Origin: Methanopyri archaeon
GTDB lineage: Archaea; JAADCQ01; Methanopyri; Methanopyrales; Methanopyraceae
DNA length: 22,650 bases
NCBI GenBank assembly: GCA_013154335.1
Contig: JAADCQ010000002.1
Span: 1 to 22,650 of the forward strand
Direction of reading: 5' to 3'
The first letter of the stretch is position 1; the number at the start of each line of letters is the position of its first letter. The position numbers and the translations under genes are program-made. Below, one piece after another: positions 14,089-21,376 of the stretch. The notes below the pieces were generated by a model. It saw only the letters and a program-made list of their open reading frames with translations, was not told the origin of the DNA and ran no database searches.

Positions 14089-15011
14089 AAAACCCCGGGA
14101 ACGGGGTGCCGCTTCGCATGACCGAGGAGAGATGTCCGGCCTGCCAGGCCGACCTGGTTTTCGACGAAGAGCGAGGGGAATACGTCTGCCCCGTCTGCGG
14201 TATGGTAGCCGAGTCCAACGTCATCGACATGGGGCCCGAGTGGCGCGAGTTCACCCCGGACCAGAGGGAGAGACGCTCCAGGGCGGGCGCGCCGGTCAAG
14301 GCGAGGCTCCCTGATAAAGGTATTTCCACCGTGATCGACCAGGACCTACGCGATTCGAAGGGACGTAAGAACCCCACCATGAGGAGACTCCGCAGGTGGG
14401 ACGCTCGCATCAAGAACTCCGACGGATCCCAACGCAACTACGTCCGCGCCTTCGACGAACTCGAGAACCTCGCGTCCAAACTCCACCTACCGGAATCCGT
14501 CAGGGAACTCGCCGCCTCCATCTACAGGAAAGCCCACAAGAAGGGCATCGTCCGGGGCCGCGGCATCGAGGCCGTCGTCGGGGCCGCCGTCTTCGCCGCC
14601 TGCAAGGAGATGAACGTCCCCAGAACCGCCAGGGAGATAGCCGAAGCCATGGGAACAGTCGACGAGAACGACATCCTCAGGGCCTACAGGCTCCTCCAGA
14701 GAAAGCTCAACCTCTATCAGAGACCCACCGAACCCCTCGACCACCTACCCAGGTTCGCCTCCAAGCTCAACGTGTCCGAAGCCGTCGAGAACAAGGCCAG
14801 AGAGATCATCGAGAAGGCCAAGGAAAAGGGCATCACCGTGGGCAAAGGCCCGGCAGGCGTGGCCGCCGCCGCCCTCTACATCGCGTCGATACTGGAAGGG
14901 GAGAGAAGAACCCAGAAGGAGATCGCCGAGGTCACGAAGGTCACGGAAGTCACCATCAGGAACCGGTACAAGGAGATGTGCGAAGTCCTAGGGATCGACA
15001 TCCACCCCTAG
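14085..15011 (+). CDS. tfb: transcription initiation factor B (TFB)
   Basis: Zn ribbon CPACQADLVFDEERGEYVCPVCG, B-reader IDMGPEWREF, and two cyclin folds (GRGIEAVVGAAVFAACK; GKGPAGVAAAALYIAS). ATG 14085 overlaps the gar1 stop as ATGA; the alternative ATG is 14118. Confidence 0.95.
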   Translation: MKNPGNGVPLRMTEERCPACQADLVFDEERGEYVCPVCGMVAESNVIDMGPEWREFTPDQRERRSRAGAPVKARLPDKGISTVIDQDLRDSKGRKNPTMRRLRRWDARIKNSDGSQRNYVRAFDELENLASKLHLPESVRELAASIYRKAHKKGIVRGRGIEAVVGAAVFAACKEMNVPRTAREIAEAMGTVDENDILRAYRLLQRKLNLYQRPTEPLDHLPRFASKLNVSEAVENKAREIIEKAKEKGITVGKGPAGVAAAALYIASILEGERRTQKEIAEVTKVTEVTIRNRYKEMCEVLGIDIHP

Positions 15012-15904
15012 GACGGAGGATGCCTCAACAGGTACTCCGCCGCCTTCCTCAACACCCACTCCTCCCTGACCGGAACCGGGTACGCCCTCGACGGGAGCAC
15101 GTACCTCTCCAACCTCTCCCTCGCCACCTTCTCGTCCAACCTCCCCAGATCCAGCACCGTGAGCACCTCCGCCACGAGCATCGGATTCTTAGCTGTTAGA
15201 AAATCTTTAAAGGACAAACCCCTCGACTTCAGGAAACGCCCCACGTCACTCTCCGCCATCATCCGACAGAAATCCACGAGGGCCTTCCAAGGCTCCCTCC
15301 CGTACTCCCTCATGATCATGGCCGAAACCTTCGACGGCCCCACCTCCCGCGCGTACGCCCTCAACCCGTGGATCACACCGTAACTCCTAGCCCACTTCAA
15401 ATGGTTCCAAGCCCACGCCTGACCAGCGATCCCCGTGATGAGCCCGGGAACACCACCCCTAACGTACGAGTCCGGCATGAAGATCCTACCGGCACCCTCC
15501 TGCAACACCACCGCCCAAAGGTTCCTCTCGGCCAACGTCAAACGATCTGGCTTCACCGCGTGCACGATCACCACCGGAGGCACGTCAGCCACGGCCTCCA
15601 CGTGAGTCCCCGGCCCCGAGACCACCAACTCGTGCTCACCGAACACCGTCCTCGGCGGCTCGATACCCGTGACCACGGTATTCTCGGGATCCTTCAACAC
15701 GACCTCGTACCCGTAGAACAACCTCGGATCACCGGGACCCTCGAACCTGGGAGGATTAACGTACCAAACGTAGATCCCGTACCCCAACGCCCCCACGCAC
15801 GCGATAAGGGCCAGAAACAACGCGAACCGCCTCGGGGGAAGGGACCCTAACCTCCCGGACCCCCCTGTACACCGTGACCCTACCGACCACGTCGACCGTG
15901 TCAC
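15008..15904 (-). CDS. hypothetical membrane-anchored protein
   Basis: One N-terminal hydrophobic helix (FALFLALIACVGALGYGIYVWYV), then about 250 aa of unassigned soluble sequence. Start is GTG 15904 or TTG 15820. Either start overlaps the upstream gene, by 149 or 65 nt. Confidence 0.6.
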   Translation of the reverse strand: MTRSTWSVGSRCTGGSGRLGSLPPRRFALFLALIACVGALGYGIYVWYVNPPRFEGPGDPRLFYGYEVVLKDPENTVVTGIEPPRTVFGEHELVVSGPGTHVEAVADVPPVVIVHAVKPDRLTLAERNLWAVVLQEGAGRIFMPDSYVRGGVPGLITGIAGQAWAWNHLKWARSYGVIHGLRAYAREVGPSKVSAMIMREYGREPWKALVDFCRMMAESDVGRFLKSRGLSFKDFLTAKNPMLVAEVLTVLDLGRLDEKVARERLERYVLPSRAYPVPVREEWVLRKAAEYLLRHPPS

Positions 15905-16136
15905 CTTTCCTCACCCCCACGGTACCCTCCACGTACACGGGCACGTAGGATCTACCCGTATAGAGCGTGAGGCTTTCGCCCCCCGCCCTCACCGCATGAC
16001 CCACCACGCACCCCTCGAGCTCAACCACGGAACCCGGCTCCACACCGTCGAGATCGGCCACGACGTCGGGAGGCTCCGACCAGGCCACGTAGAGCAGCAC
16101 GGACCCAACGATCAAACACGCCACCGACAGCTTCAT
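15756..16136 (-). CDS. membrane-anchored OB-fold protein
   Basis: ATG 16136 (track TTG 16142). The anchor is KLSVACLIVGSVLLYVAW. The following OB-like barrel pattern is VVELEGCVVGHAVRAGGESLTLYTGRSYVPVYVEG...GDTVDVVGRVTVYRGVREVRV. Confidence 0.6.
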   Translation of the reverse strand: MKLSVACLIVGSVLLYVAWSEPPDVVADLDGVEPGSVVELEGCVVGHAVRAGGESLTLYTGRSYVPVYVEGTVGVRKGDTVDVVGRVTVYRGVREVRVPSPEAVRVVSGPYRVRGGVGVRDLRLVR

Positions 16137-16174
16137 CTCCAAAACGACCCGCCCCCCGTGGGGAGTGGTGTAGG

Positions 16175-16774
16175 GTGAGGAGGACCGGTTCCCACGAACG
16201 CGTCACCGAGGAGGTCTCCGTCGAGGTTGAGGTAGACCTCGACGGTAGGGGACGCGCCAACGTGGACACGGGGATACCCTTCTTCGACCACATGCTCGAA
16301 CAACTGGCCTTCCACTCCCAAAGGATAGACATGAGGGTAGAAGCCGACGGCGACGTCGATGTCGATGACCACCATACCGTTGAGGACGTCGGGCTCGCCC
16401 TGGGCGCCGCCATCGACGAGGCCCTAGGCGACAGGGAAGGTATAAGGAGGATGGCCTGGGCCGCCGTGCCCATGGACGACGCGCTGGTCATGACCGCCAT
16501 CGACGTATCGGGGAGACCCTACACGGTCCTCCGCGGGTACAGCCCGAGGAGAAGCGGCATAGGAAACCCACCCATGTCGACGGAGAACGTGCCGCACTTC
16601 TTCGAATCCCTGTGTAAAGGCCCGGGCATCACGGCCCACATCCACGTGCTCGACGGAAAGAACGACCACCACGTCATCGAAGCCGTCTTCAAATCCTTCG
16701 GCAGGGCCCTCGGGGAGGCCGTGGAGATCGTAACCCGCGGGGTCCCGTCCACGAAGGGCCTCCTCCGGGGGTGA
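16175..16774 (+). CDS. hisB: imidazoleglycerol-phosphate dehydratase
   Basis: DTGIPFFDHMLEQL, DDHHTVEDVGLALG, NDHHVIEAVFKSFGRAL and PSTKG. GTG start at 16175. Confidence 0.95.
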   Translation: MRRTGSHERVTEEVSVEVEVDLDGRGRANVDTGIPFFDHMLEQLAFHSQRIDMRVEADGDVDVDDHHTVEDVGLALGAAIDEALGDREGIRRMAWAAVPMDDALVMTAIDVSGRPYTVLRGYSPRRSGIGNPPMSTENVPHFFESLCKGPGITAHIHVLDGKNDHHVIEAVFKSFGRALGEAVEIVTRGVPSTKGLLRG

Positions 16775-16789
16775 AGCGCGACGGCCAAG

Positions 16790-17746
16790 GTGTTCTCCGT
16801 GGTCGAACCCTCCCCCGCCAAGAACCTCATCCCCGTGTTCGAAGAACTTCGATCCAGAGGACACGAACCCCTGGTGTACGGCCACGGGAAAGGCGCCGAG
16901 GTACTCCGATGGGAGGGCGTCGAAACCCGAACCCTGGGCCGGCCCAGGAGACGCTCCAGGCTGGCCCCCGCGCTCTTCGCCCTGGACTTGACCCGCGTCC
17001 TGCTCAGGGAACTCCTCGACGGGCCGGACGTGGCACTTACCTCGGGCAACACGGGGGACGCCAGGAAAACCCTTCTTTCCTCGAAGATACTCGGGGTGCC
17101 CTCGGTCCACGTCGAGATGGACGTGTACAACCCCGTCGAAGCGATCAAGTTAGCAACGATCGTCGCCGTACCCGAGCAGGCTTCAGACCCCGGGATCGAA
17201 GGCCCCGAGGTTACAACCGTGGCCGGACCCCCCATAGCCGCCTACGTCGCCGACAGGCACCTGAAGGGTAAGATACCCGGCCCCGTGCCCGAGGACGTCG
17301 AAGGCAGGGTCCTCGTGTGTCTCGGAGGCGACGTGACCGAGGAACAGGCTCGTCGTCTCCTCCACACCCTTGAACCGCTCAACCCTTACGTGGTACCGTT
17401 CCGAGTCGACGCTCCTCCCCGGTTCGACACCCCCGACGGTTTCATCGACCTGCCGGGGGCGATGATGAAGGCCGAGACCGTGGTGTTCTCGGGAGGGTTC
17501 GGCGTGACGGTGGAGGCGTGCCTGGTGGCCGGAAAGGCCGTCAAAGTCTCCGGCGTCCACGAACGTCACTTCAGTCACGAGGTAGCGGAGATGTGCGGCC
17601 TCGAGGTGCTGGACGTGGATTCCATCGAGGGACCGGAGGACGTCCTGTCGGGGGCCCGTAAACCCGACGGGGGATGGCTGATCCGTGCGGGTCGCGACGC
17701 CGTCCGGGAGATCACGGACATCGTCGAGGAGATCGTCCAGGGTTGA
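16790..17746 (+). CDS. GT-B-fold-like protein resembling the DUF354 family
   Basis: The N-terminal pattern PAKNLIPVFEELRSRGHEPLVYG..., then PDVALTSGNTGDARKTLLSSKILGVPSVHV, resembles DUF354 / epimerase-glycosyltransferase-like proteins as I recall them. GTG start at 16790. The family assignment is from memory only. Confidence 0.45.
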   Translation: MFSVVEPSPAKNLIPVFEELRSRGHEPLVYGHGKGAEVLRWEGVETRTLGRPRRRSRLAPALFALDLTRVLLRELLDGPDVALTSGNTGDARKTLLSSKILGVPSVHVEMDVYNPVEAIKLATIVAVPEQASDPGIEGPEVTTVAGPPIAAYVADRHLKGKIPGPVPEDVEGRVLVCLGGDVTEEQARRLLHTLEPLNPYVVPFRVDAPPRFDTPDGFIDLPGAMMKAETVVFSGGFGVTVEACLVAGKAVKVSGVHERHFSHEVAEMCGLEVLDVDSIEGPEDVLSGARKPDGGWLIRAGRDAVREITDIVEEIVQG

Positions 17747-18689
17747 AGCGTGCGTCGAACTCGGTTTCGCCGCGGTCTGCCTCTCCGTATCCGCCTTCGT
17801 GATAGCGACGAACACACCGATGGACGCCATCGTCAGATCGTTCTTCTACCCGATCCTCACGGGATCCACCGAGGCCAAACCCGCCCTCCTTCTGGCGCAC
17901 CTCGGCCTGATGAGCCTAGCCGCGGCCGTCTGGAGGGGAGCGATCCGACCCCCGTTCCACCCGGACGAACGCCTCGAAGACATAGTTCACAGGGCCGTCG
18001 AGGCCGCGAACCCGAGACGTGTGGCCGCCCTCATCACGGCGACGGCGGCGTTGTCACCGATCGCGCAGACAGTACTCGAGGAGAGGGTCAAGTACGGCCT
18101 CAAGGCCGGTACCCTCGTCGTGATAACGGGAGGTCGGACCGTCGGTGAGACCACGTGCTTCACGCACTCCCACGCCGTCAAGGCCTGCGTGGGTAAGGTC
18201 CTGGCACCGATAATACGGAACACGGTCGGGGCCATCAGGTTCCACTACGGTGAAACCCTAGCCAGGTACGTGCCCTACTGGATGGCCGTCCCGGTTGACC
18301 TCTTCGTCCTCTTCGCCTACGTGACCCTGGGTTTCGTCTACCCGTTCCGCGTGTACGTGAGGACGGGTTCCCTCTTCAAAACCATCACCGCGTCGTTCGC
18401 GGGCTTCCTCGCCGTCCTGGGGGCCGTGGACGGGGGGATAATGGGTAAACCCCTCATCGTCGGCCTCTGCATGTACGCCGCCATGGCGGCCGCATCGATC
18501 GCCAGGAGGAGAGGGATCGGCCCGAAGAGGGCCGCGGGACTCGGCGTTCTCGTGGGCCTTACGCCCCTGGAGCTCCTGGCCTTGGTTAGGGTCATCCTCT
18601 ACCACGCCAGCCCGATGGCCCCCAACACCGTCGCCTGGACGGTGTTCCTGGTGATAGCCTCCTCCGTAGCCTGGGCCAGAGGGGAGTGA
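17685..18689 (+). CDS. polytopic membrane protein (about 7 predicted helices with a ~110-aa soluble insert), unknown function
   Basis: Hydrophobic segments include LGFAAVCLSVSAFVIA, ALLLAHLGLMSLAAAVW, YWMAVPVDLFVLFAYVTLGFVY, ITASFAGFLAVLGAV, LIVGLCMYAAMAAASIA, GLGVLVGLTPLELLALV and VAWTVFLVIASSVAWA. GTG 17685 gives a 62-nt overlap and an Arg-rich N-terminus. Alternatives are GTG 17799 and ATG 17820. Confidence 0.65.
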   Translation: MRVATPSGRSRTSSRRSSRVEACVELGFAAVCLSVSAFVIATNTPMDAIVRSFFYPILTGSTEAKPALLLAHLGLMSLAAAVWRGAIRPPFHPDERLEDIVHRAVEAANPRRVAALITATAALSPIAQTVLEERVKYGLKAGTLVVITGGRTVGETTCFTHSHAVKACVGKVLAPIIRNTVGAIRFHYGETLARYVPYWMAVPVDLFVLFAYVTLGFVYPFRVYVRTGSLFKTITASFAGFLAVLGAVDGGIMGKPLIVGLCMYAAMAAASIARRRGIGPKRAAGLGVLVGLTPLELLALVRVILYHASPMAPNTVAWTVFLVIASSVAWARGE

Positions 18690-18693
18690 AGGG

Positions 18694-19311
18694 TTGAGGA
18701 ACGGTCTCCTGATCGTACTCGTGGCCATAGGGTGCAGCGCGGGCGGAGCCGTGTTGGGGGTCCTCACGTACGAGGCCGTCGGCCAGCAGGAAGGTACCCT
18801 GGTCGCGTGCTACCACGTGTCGGTCACGAACGTGAAGAAGAACCTCACACCGGAGGAAGTCAAGCGCGCCCTCCTGGCCACCCCCAACGTCGTACGCGTG
18901 GCCAAAGTCAGAATGGTCCCGGGGACCTTCGACACGTACATAATAGTGAAAAGTAAACAGCCCATATCCAAGTACCAAATGATCCAGAATATAACCCAAA
19001 CGTTACGAAAGAAGCACATAGGTAAAGTACCTGCCGTATTCATGAACCAGATCAGAGGATACGTAGTACGAATCTACGTGCATCAACCGATAGTTTCAGC
19101 ACACACCTTCGCTAAAGCCGTCTCCCACGCTCCCTCCATCTGTGCCGTGTTCAAGTGCGTGAAGCGGGGCAGGATGTACGAGATCGAGGTGGCGTCCCTG
19201 GAGGACCCCTACCCCGTGGCCTACGCCGTGACCGAGACCGCGAAGAAGCTGGGCCTCCATCCAGCGGGCATGGCGGACGTGTCCAACATCCAGTGGGGAG
19301 TGCTCCTCTGA
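18694..19311 (+). CDS. membrane-anchored basic protein with tandem ~40-aa alpha/beta modules (paralogue of 6612..7511)
   Basis: TTG 18694 lies 4 nt after the upstream stop and is preceded by GGGGAGTGA. N-terminal anchor LLIVLVAIGCSAGGAVLGVL, then modules such as TPEEVKRALLATPNVVRVAKVRMVPGTFDTYIIVKS. See findings. Confidence 0.7.
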   Translation: MRNGLLIVLVAIGCSAGGAVLGVLTYEAVGQQEGTLVACYHVSVTNVKKNLTPEEVKRALLATPNVVRVAKVRMVPGTFDTYIIVKSKQPISKYQMIQNITQTLRKKHIGKVPAVFMNQIRGYVVRIYVHQPIVSAHTFAKAVSHAPSICAVFKCVKRGRMYEIEVASLEDPYPVAYAVTETAKKLGLHPAGMADVSNIQWGVLL

Positions 19312-19313
19312 GG

Positions 19314-19322
19314 GTTTTTAAC
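19314..19322 (+). promoter_or_regulatory. T5 tract / TATA-like GTTTTTAAC between operon end and metG
   Basis: GGGTTTTTAACC begins 1 nt after the 19309-19311 stop and lies about 36-44 nt upstream of GTG 19358. GAGGGGGTG (19341-19349) is a plausible SD. The element could serve as an oligo-T terminator, a TATA box, or both. Confidence 0.3.
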
Positions 19323-19357
19323 CGGGATCCCGTCGGGCCCGAGGGGGTGTCGGGACG

Positions 19358-21376
19358 GTGACGGATAGGGTCCTGGTGACGACCGCGCTGGCGTACACCA
19401 ACGGTCCCCTCCACATCGGCCACGTCAGAAGCACCTACCTACCCGCCGACGTCTACACCAGGTTCCTCAAGATGCGCGGGGTGGACGCGGTACACATCGG
19501 CGGGACGGACAACCACGGCGTCCCTATAGCCCTGCAGGCCGAGCTGGAGGGCAAAAGGCCCGAGGACATAGTCAAGAAGTACCACCGGGAGATAGAAAGG
19601 GACCTCGAGGGCCTGAACATAGAGTTCGACGAGTTCTCCTGCACGTGCAAGGAGTTCAACCCCGAGCACGTGAAGATGACCCAGTGGTTCTTCGAGAAGC
19701 TGTACGAGAACGGTTACATCTACGAGAAAGAGGTCGAACAGCTCTACTGTCCCAACTGCGAGAGACCCCTACCCGACAGGTACGTCGAGGGTGTGTGCCC
19801 TTACTGCGGGGCCGAGGGCGCCCGAGGGGACCACTGCGAGGCCTGCGGCAGATACCTCGAGCCCGTGGAGCTCGAAGAACCCAGGTGCGTGGTGTGCGGG
19901 GAGAAACCCGAGGTCAGGAGGACGAAACACCTATTCTTCAAACTCAGTGAGTTCGAGGATGACCTCAAGGAGTGGCTCGAGTCTAAGGAAGATTGGCCTA
20001 AGAACGTCAGGAACTACGCGCTGAACTGGGTTAAGGAAGGTCTCAAGGACTGGGATATAGTTAGGGATATAGATTGGGGCGTTCCCATACCGCTCGAGGG
20101 TTACGAGGATAAGGTATTCTATGTTTGGTTCGACGCACCTATAGGATATGTAACGTTCACGAAACAGTACTGCGAAAGGGAAGGTAAGGACTGGAGGGAT
20201 TACTGGTTCAACGATGACACTAAGATAGTTCATTTCATAGGTAAGGACATCGTGGTTCACCACGCGATATTCTGGCCCGCCATGTTGATGGGAATCGGCG
20301 CGACGCTCCCCGACGTGATCGTGGCGGGCGAGTACCTCACGCTGGAAGGCGAGAAGATGAGCACGAGCCGCGGCTGGGTCGTGTGGGTCAAGGACTTCCT
20401 GGAGATGTTCCCCGCGGACCTCCTCCGCTACTACCTCATAGCCGTGAGTCCCCTGACCCGAGACGCCGACTTCTCCTGGGACGACTTCCAGGCCAGGGTC
20501 AACAACGAGCTGGTGGCCGACCTCGGTAACTTCGTACACAGGACCCTTACGTTCGCGTACCGGTACTTCGACGGGGAGATACCCGAGGGGAACACCGACG
20601 AGGAGGTCGAGGAGGCCATCGAGGATGCCCACCGCAAGGCCACCGAGGCCCTGGAATCGTTCAGGTTCAGGGACGCCCTGAACGCGGTGATGGAACTGGC
20701 GAGGTTCGGGAACGAGTACTTCCAGAGGCACGAGCCCTGGAAACTGATCGACGAGGACGAGGACAGGTGCGCCGACGTCATCCACTCCTGCGCCAGGATG
20801 GTGAAGGCGATAGCCGTCATGCTGGCCCCGTTCCTGCCCGAGAGCGCCGAAGCCATATGGAAAGGCCTGGGTCTCGAAGGGAAACCCGAGGACTGGGACG
20901 AGGCCCTGGAGGACGTGGAGACCCGCCCCATACCGAGGCCCAAACCCGTGTTCCCGAGGGTCGAGGACGAGGACATCGAGCGCGCCAAAGCCCTGCTCCC
21001 AGAGGGGGAAGAGGAGGTGTCGGAAGAGAGATCTGAAGAAAAAGAAACCATATCGTTTGAAGAATTCCAGAAGATCGACATGCGGGTCGGCGAGGTGGTC
21101 GAGGCCGAGAGGATAGAGGGCAGCGATAAGCTGTTGAAATTGAAGGTTGACATCGGAGATGACACCAGAACGATAGTTTCTGGGATATATCCAACTTATA
21201 AGCCGGATGAAATAAAAGGTAAAAAAGTAATAATATTAACCAACATAGAACCGAGAAAGATATTCGGAGTGGAATCCCAAGGTATGCTGTTGGCCGTGGG
21301 AGACGAAGGCGAGCCCGCGATACTGACCGTGGACGAATCGAAGAGGGAGGTGAAACCGGGGGAGAGGGTCCGCTAA
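19358..21376 (+). CDS. metG: methionyl-tRNA synthetase with C-terminal tRNA-binding (Trbp111/EMAPII-like) domain
   Basis: HIGH-type PLHIGH, KMSKS-type KMSTS, and zinc knuckles CPNC..CPYC and CEAC..CVVC. Also WGVPIP and YVWFDAPIGY. The C-terminal OB domain is IDMRVGEVVEAERIEGSDKLLKLKVDIG...GMLLAV. Confidence 0.97.
   Translation: MTDRVLVTTALAYTNGPLHIGHVRSTYLPADVYTRFLKMRGVDAVHIGGTDNHGVPIALQAELEGKRPEDIVKKYHREIERDLEGLNIEFDEFSCTCKEFNPEHVKMTQWFFEKLYENGYIYEKEVEQLYCPNCERPLPDRYVEGVCPYCGAEGARGDHCEACGRYLEPVELEEPRCVVCGEKPEVRRTKHLFFKLSEFEDDLKEWLESKEDWPKNVRNYALNWVKEGLKDWDIVRDIDWGVPIPLEGYEDKVFYVWFDAPIGYVTFTKQYCEREGKDWRDYWFNDDTKIVHFIGKDIVVHHAIFWPAMLMGIGATLPDVIVAGEYLTLEGEKMSTSRGWVVWVKDFLEMFPADLLRYYLIAVSPLTRDADFSWDDFQARVNNELVADLGNFVHRTLTFAYRYFDGEIPEGNTDEEVEEAIEDAHRKATEALESFRFRDALNAVMELARFGNEYFQRHEPWKLIDEDEDRCADVIHSCARMVKAIAVMLAPFLPESAEAIWKGLGLEGKPEDWDEALEDVETRPIPRPKPVFPRVEDEDIERAKALLPEGEEEVSEERSEEKETISFEEFQKIDMRVGEVVEAERIEGSDKLLKLKVDIGDDTRTIVSGIYPTYKPDEIKGKKVIILTNIEPRKIFGVESQGMLLAVGDEGEPAILTVDESKREVKPGERVR

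Noticed and set aside
13958-14437. 159-aa minus-strand ORF across the gar1/tfb junction
   Set aside because: It is antisense to Gar1 and the TFB zinc ribbon, both clearly homologous. The composition is artefactual.
16424-17235. Minus-strand ORFs of 228 and 238 aa across the hisB/DUF354-like genes
   Set aside because: They span a plus-strand gene boundary, are Gly/Pro/Arg- or Ser-rich, and lie opposite the well-supported hisB.
19931-21165. Minus-strand ORFs of 284 and 244 aa antisense to metG
   Set aside because: metG on the plus strand is continuous and motif-complete. The antisense translations have no recognisable features.
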